50,417 nucleotides of DNA from assembly GCA_019246215.1 (NCBI GenBank), contig JAFAQT010000033.1, forward strand, positions 1 through 50,417, in the 5' to 3' direction. Shown piece by piece: positions 48,505 to 50,417 of this stretch. Below the pieces are notes generated by a model. That model ran no database searches. It saw nothing but the letters and a program-made list of their open reading frames with translations, and was not told the DNA's origin. The stretch is from Verrucomicrobiota bacterium. Lineage in GTDB: Bacteria; Verrucomicrobiota; Verrucomicrobiia; Chthoniobacterales; JAFAMB01. Position 1 is the stretch's first letter. Each line of letters begins with the position of its first letter. The translations under genes were made by a program, and so were the position numbers.

Positions 48505-49878
48505 TCAGTCAGACAGTTTGGCGACCATCTCAGGAAAGCGACAACCGTCGCAATTCGTGAAATCGGCCATGCAGAAGTCTTCGAAGATCTGCAGAAGTCC
48601 TTGTTGTTGATAGAGGAAACGGATGTGTTCCCTTGCCCGATTGGTTTCCCCGAAGAGACGCTGGCACACGATCGTCAGCCGTCGATTGCTTAGCTCGGAC
48701 CGGATTCCTTTGTACGATTCCCAGTCGTCCTGGTTCATAGCGACTAACATTGGATGGACGACGTTCGCCAAAATTTCATTGATACGGGTTTGGCCGAGCA
48801 GATGGAATGGCCGAACGGTCCGCTGGGAGGTAAGCGTGAAATGGTGATCCCAGAACGGGTGGGACAATCCGCTGATCCATTCGGCAACTTCTTCGAGTCG
48901 CGGCGACAACAGCCGAACTTCCTTCCATCTTCGGACCAATTCGGCGAGCGCGCCGAGTCGTCGATGGGGATGATTGCTTGGCCGCGTCATTCCGAATCGC
49001 CAAAGGTTCTGGCGAAGGACGAGGTGTGCGTATTGGCTGCGAATCTGCCACCAATGCTCCCAGAGATACCGCCAATAATCCCGCTCCATGACCACCGCAC
49101 GATGGATCTTGCGGTCTTCCAGAAAACCTGAGATGCCGAACAGCAGACTTTCGGCAGCCGACCCCTGCTCACGGAGGATTTGGAGTTTAGCTCGCTGAGC
49201 CAACACCAGGAATGGAATTTTGTTAAGTTTGTAACCGAAAGCGACGGCGAACGCCTGGAAGAGGGCTTCGTCGAGGCCGTGAACGATCGCCACCCGACGG
49301 AGTTGATCCGCTTTCCTCCGCATTCGGACGCGAGCAGCCGTCTCGATCAGTGAATCGATCGTCCGCCCTGGTAGCTGTCGTAGAGGAGCGCAACAACGGC
49401 CTGGGTGTGCAATTGGAGGATGGATATGTAGCAGGTCACTTTCGGCTTGCAAGTGGACTTGTATGACTTCCCGGTTCTGTGTCGTGCGCGTGAAATGGCT
49501 GGCACCGGTTTTATGGAGGAAAAGGTGAAGCACGACTCGATCAAAGGCGGGGTTTTGCGAATGACCGTGACGGTCCCAGTCGGCAACATGCATATCCAAT
49601 TCTATGTCTCCCTCCAGCAACTGCTCTCCGTCGACGCGGAGAGATGCGTGGACAAAGTCGGGTCCAGGCTCGCGATTCCAAAATCCGAACTGGACAATTT
49701 CGACGAGGGAACCGGATACAGCACGAAAACTGGTCCCAAACGCACCCGAGTACCACAAAGCCTGCCACTCGAGCTCGGTCCATTTTTCGCGGAGACTTCC
49801 GTCCGGTTCGCGCAAGAGAGGAGTAACACGGGTGCAAGCCTGTTGGTAGATGGACTGGTTGACGCAACGAAAAGACAT
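48505..49878 (-). CDS. DUF2851 family protein
   Basis: E..LQ.LW-like start, G.WNREPGPDF, GDIEL, W..HGH..NPAF..V.LH, GYKLN..PF, RPSNHPHRRL, QQGLLQ. Confidence 0.85.
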   Translation of the reverse strand: MSFRCVNQSIYQQACTRVTPLLREPDGSLREKWTELEWQALWYSGAFGTSFRAVSGSLVEIVQFGFWNREPGPDFVHASLRVDGEQLLEGDIELDMHVADWDRHGHSQNPAFDRVVLHLFLHKTGASHFTRTTQNREVIQVHLQAESDLLHIHPPIAHPGRCCAPLRQLPGRTIDSLIETAARVRMRRKADQLRRVAIVHGLDEALFQAFAVAFGYKLNKIPFLVLAQRAKLQILREQGSAAESLLFGISGFLEDRKIHRAVVMERDYWRYLWEHWWQIRSQYAHLVLRQNLWRFGMTRPSNHPHRRLGALAELVRRWKEVRLLSPRLEEVAEWISGLSHPFWDHHFTLTSQRTVRPFHLLGQTRINEILANVVHPMLVAMNQDDWESYKGIRSELSNRRLTIVCQRLFGETNRAREHIRFLYQQQGLLQIFEDFCMADFTNCDGCRFPEMVAKLSD

Positions 49879-50203
49879 TTTGTAAGGTCCGATAAAAAAA
49901 CACTACACAAAAGTGTTATACATCTTGGGCAAAAGGGCAAGCCCATAGAGAGCCAATCAATGGTCAGATATAGGCTCGAAGCCTATGCTTCTAGGAGGCC
50001 GAGTTTGTCAAGACCCGCTGTAAAGAGTCTTCAATTTCATTTTTGCTTTATTTTGCTTGCCATCTGGCAAGAACTCACGTCCTGCATCGCCACCGTGACC
50101 TGCCGGATATGCGCATCCAGCCCAGCCTCAGGACCGATTGACGCTGTTGATCGAACTTGCTTTGGCTGTTACGACCAGGGGATATTAATTCGTTCGTTTC
50201 ATA

Positions 50204-50243
50204 GAGCCGACAATTTGCAGCGATTGCTGTTTATTGTCGGCTC
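50204..50243. terminator. Hairpin just downstream of the MBL hydrolase gene
   Basis: GAGCCGACAAT...ATTGTCGGCTC perfect 11-bp stem with an inner stem. No clear U-tract. Confidence 0.45.
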
Positions 50244-50257
50244 ATGTCATCTACGTT

Positions 50258-50417
50258 TCACAGCTCCAAACGAAGGCCGTCGTATGCAAGATAAACGTTT
50301 TTAGGCAATTCCTTTTGCGAAGCAGCATGACCGAAATCATGGCTAAGATGAGTGAAGTAAGTTTGCCTTGGACTCAGCCGTTTGGCCAAAGCCATGCCCT
50401 CGATCATATTCATATGG
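50258..50417 (-). CDS. Partial CDS (3' end): PhnP-like MBL-fold metallo-hydrolase
   Basis: Minus strand reads HMNMIEGMALAKRLSPRQTYFTHLSHDFGHAASQKELPKNVYLAYDGLRLEL*. THxSH and AYDG are typical PhnP-family C-terminal motifs. Confidence 0.8.
   Translation of the reverse strand, partial: HMNMIEGMALAKRLSPRQTYFTHLSHDFGHAASQKELPKNVYLAYDGLRLEL

Noticed and set aside
49899-49917. AACACT-N7-AGTGTT inverted repeat upstream of DUF2851
   Set aside because: 6-bp arms only, seen once, and no regulator can be assigned.

Overview
Chromosomal window from a bacterium, probably a soil Verrucomicrobiota/Chthoniobacterales-type genome (inferred from gene content, not proven). Housekeeping genes: gap-pgk-tpiA, rex, fumC, mpl plus an M14 peptidase, tRNA-Arg(CCG), a GT2 glycosyltransferase plus L,D-transpeptidase, NrdR-regulated class II ribonucleotide reductase nrdJ and DUF2851. 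Partial genes lie at both edges: probably FtsH on the left and a PhnP-like MBL hydrolase on the right. Accessory blocks: (i) ketose 3-epimerase, a Liv-type ABC transporter and the UPF0261/TIM-barrel (split Tm-1-like) pair; (ii) iolD-iolE-split transketolase-iolG, without iolB/iolC in the window; (iii) a SABATH-type methyltransferase; (iv) two paralogous excisionase-HTH/receiver regulators; (v) a small-ORF-rich stretch after the tRNA, ending in an HNH nuclease-SUKH(SMI1/KNR4) immunity-GGCT gene run. Non-coding features include two families of palindromic MITE/REP-like repeats and several gene remnants. Both ABC ATPase genes appear to start at ACG. No CRISPR array, rRNA, integrase or transposase was seen. 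All family calls come from motif recognition by eye; no searches were run.
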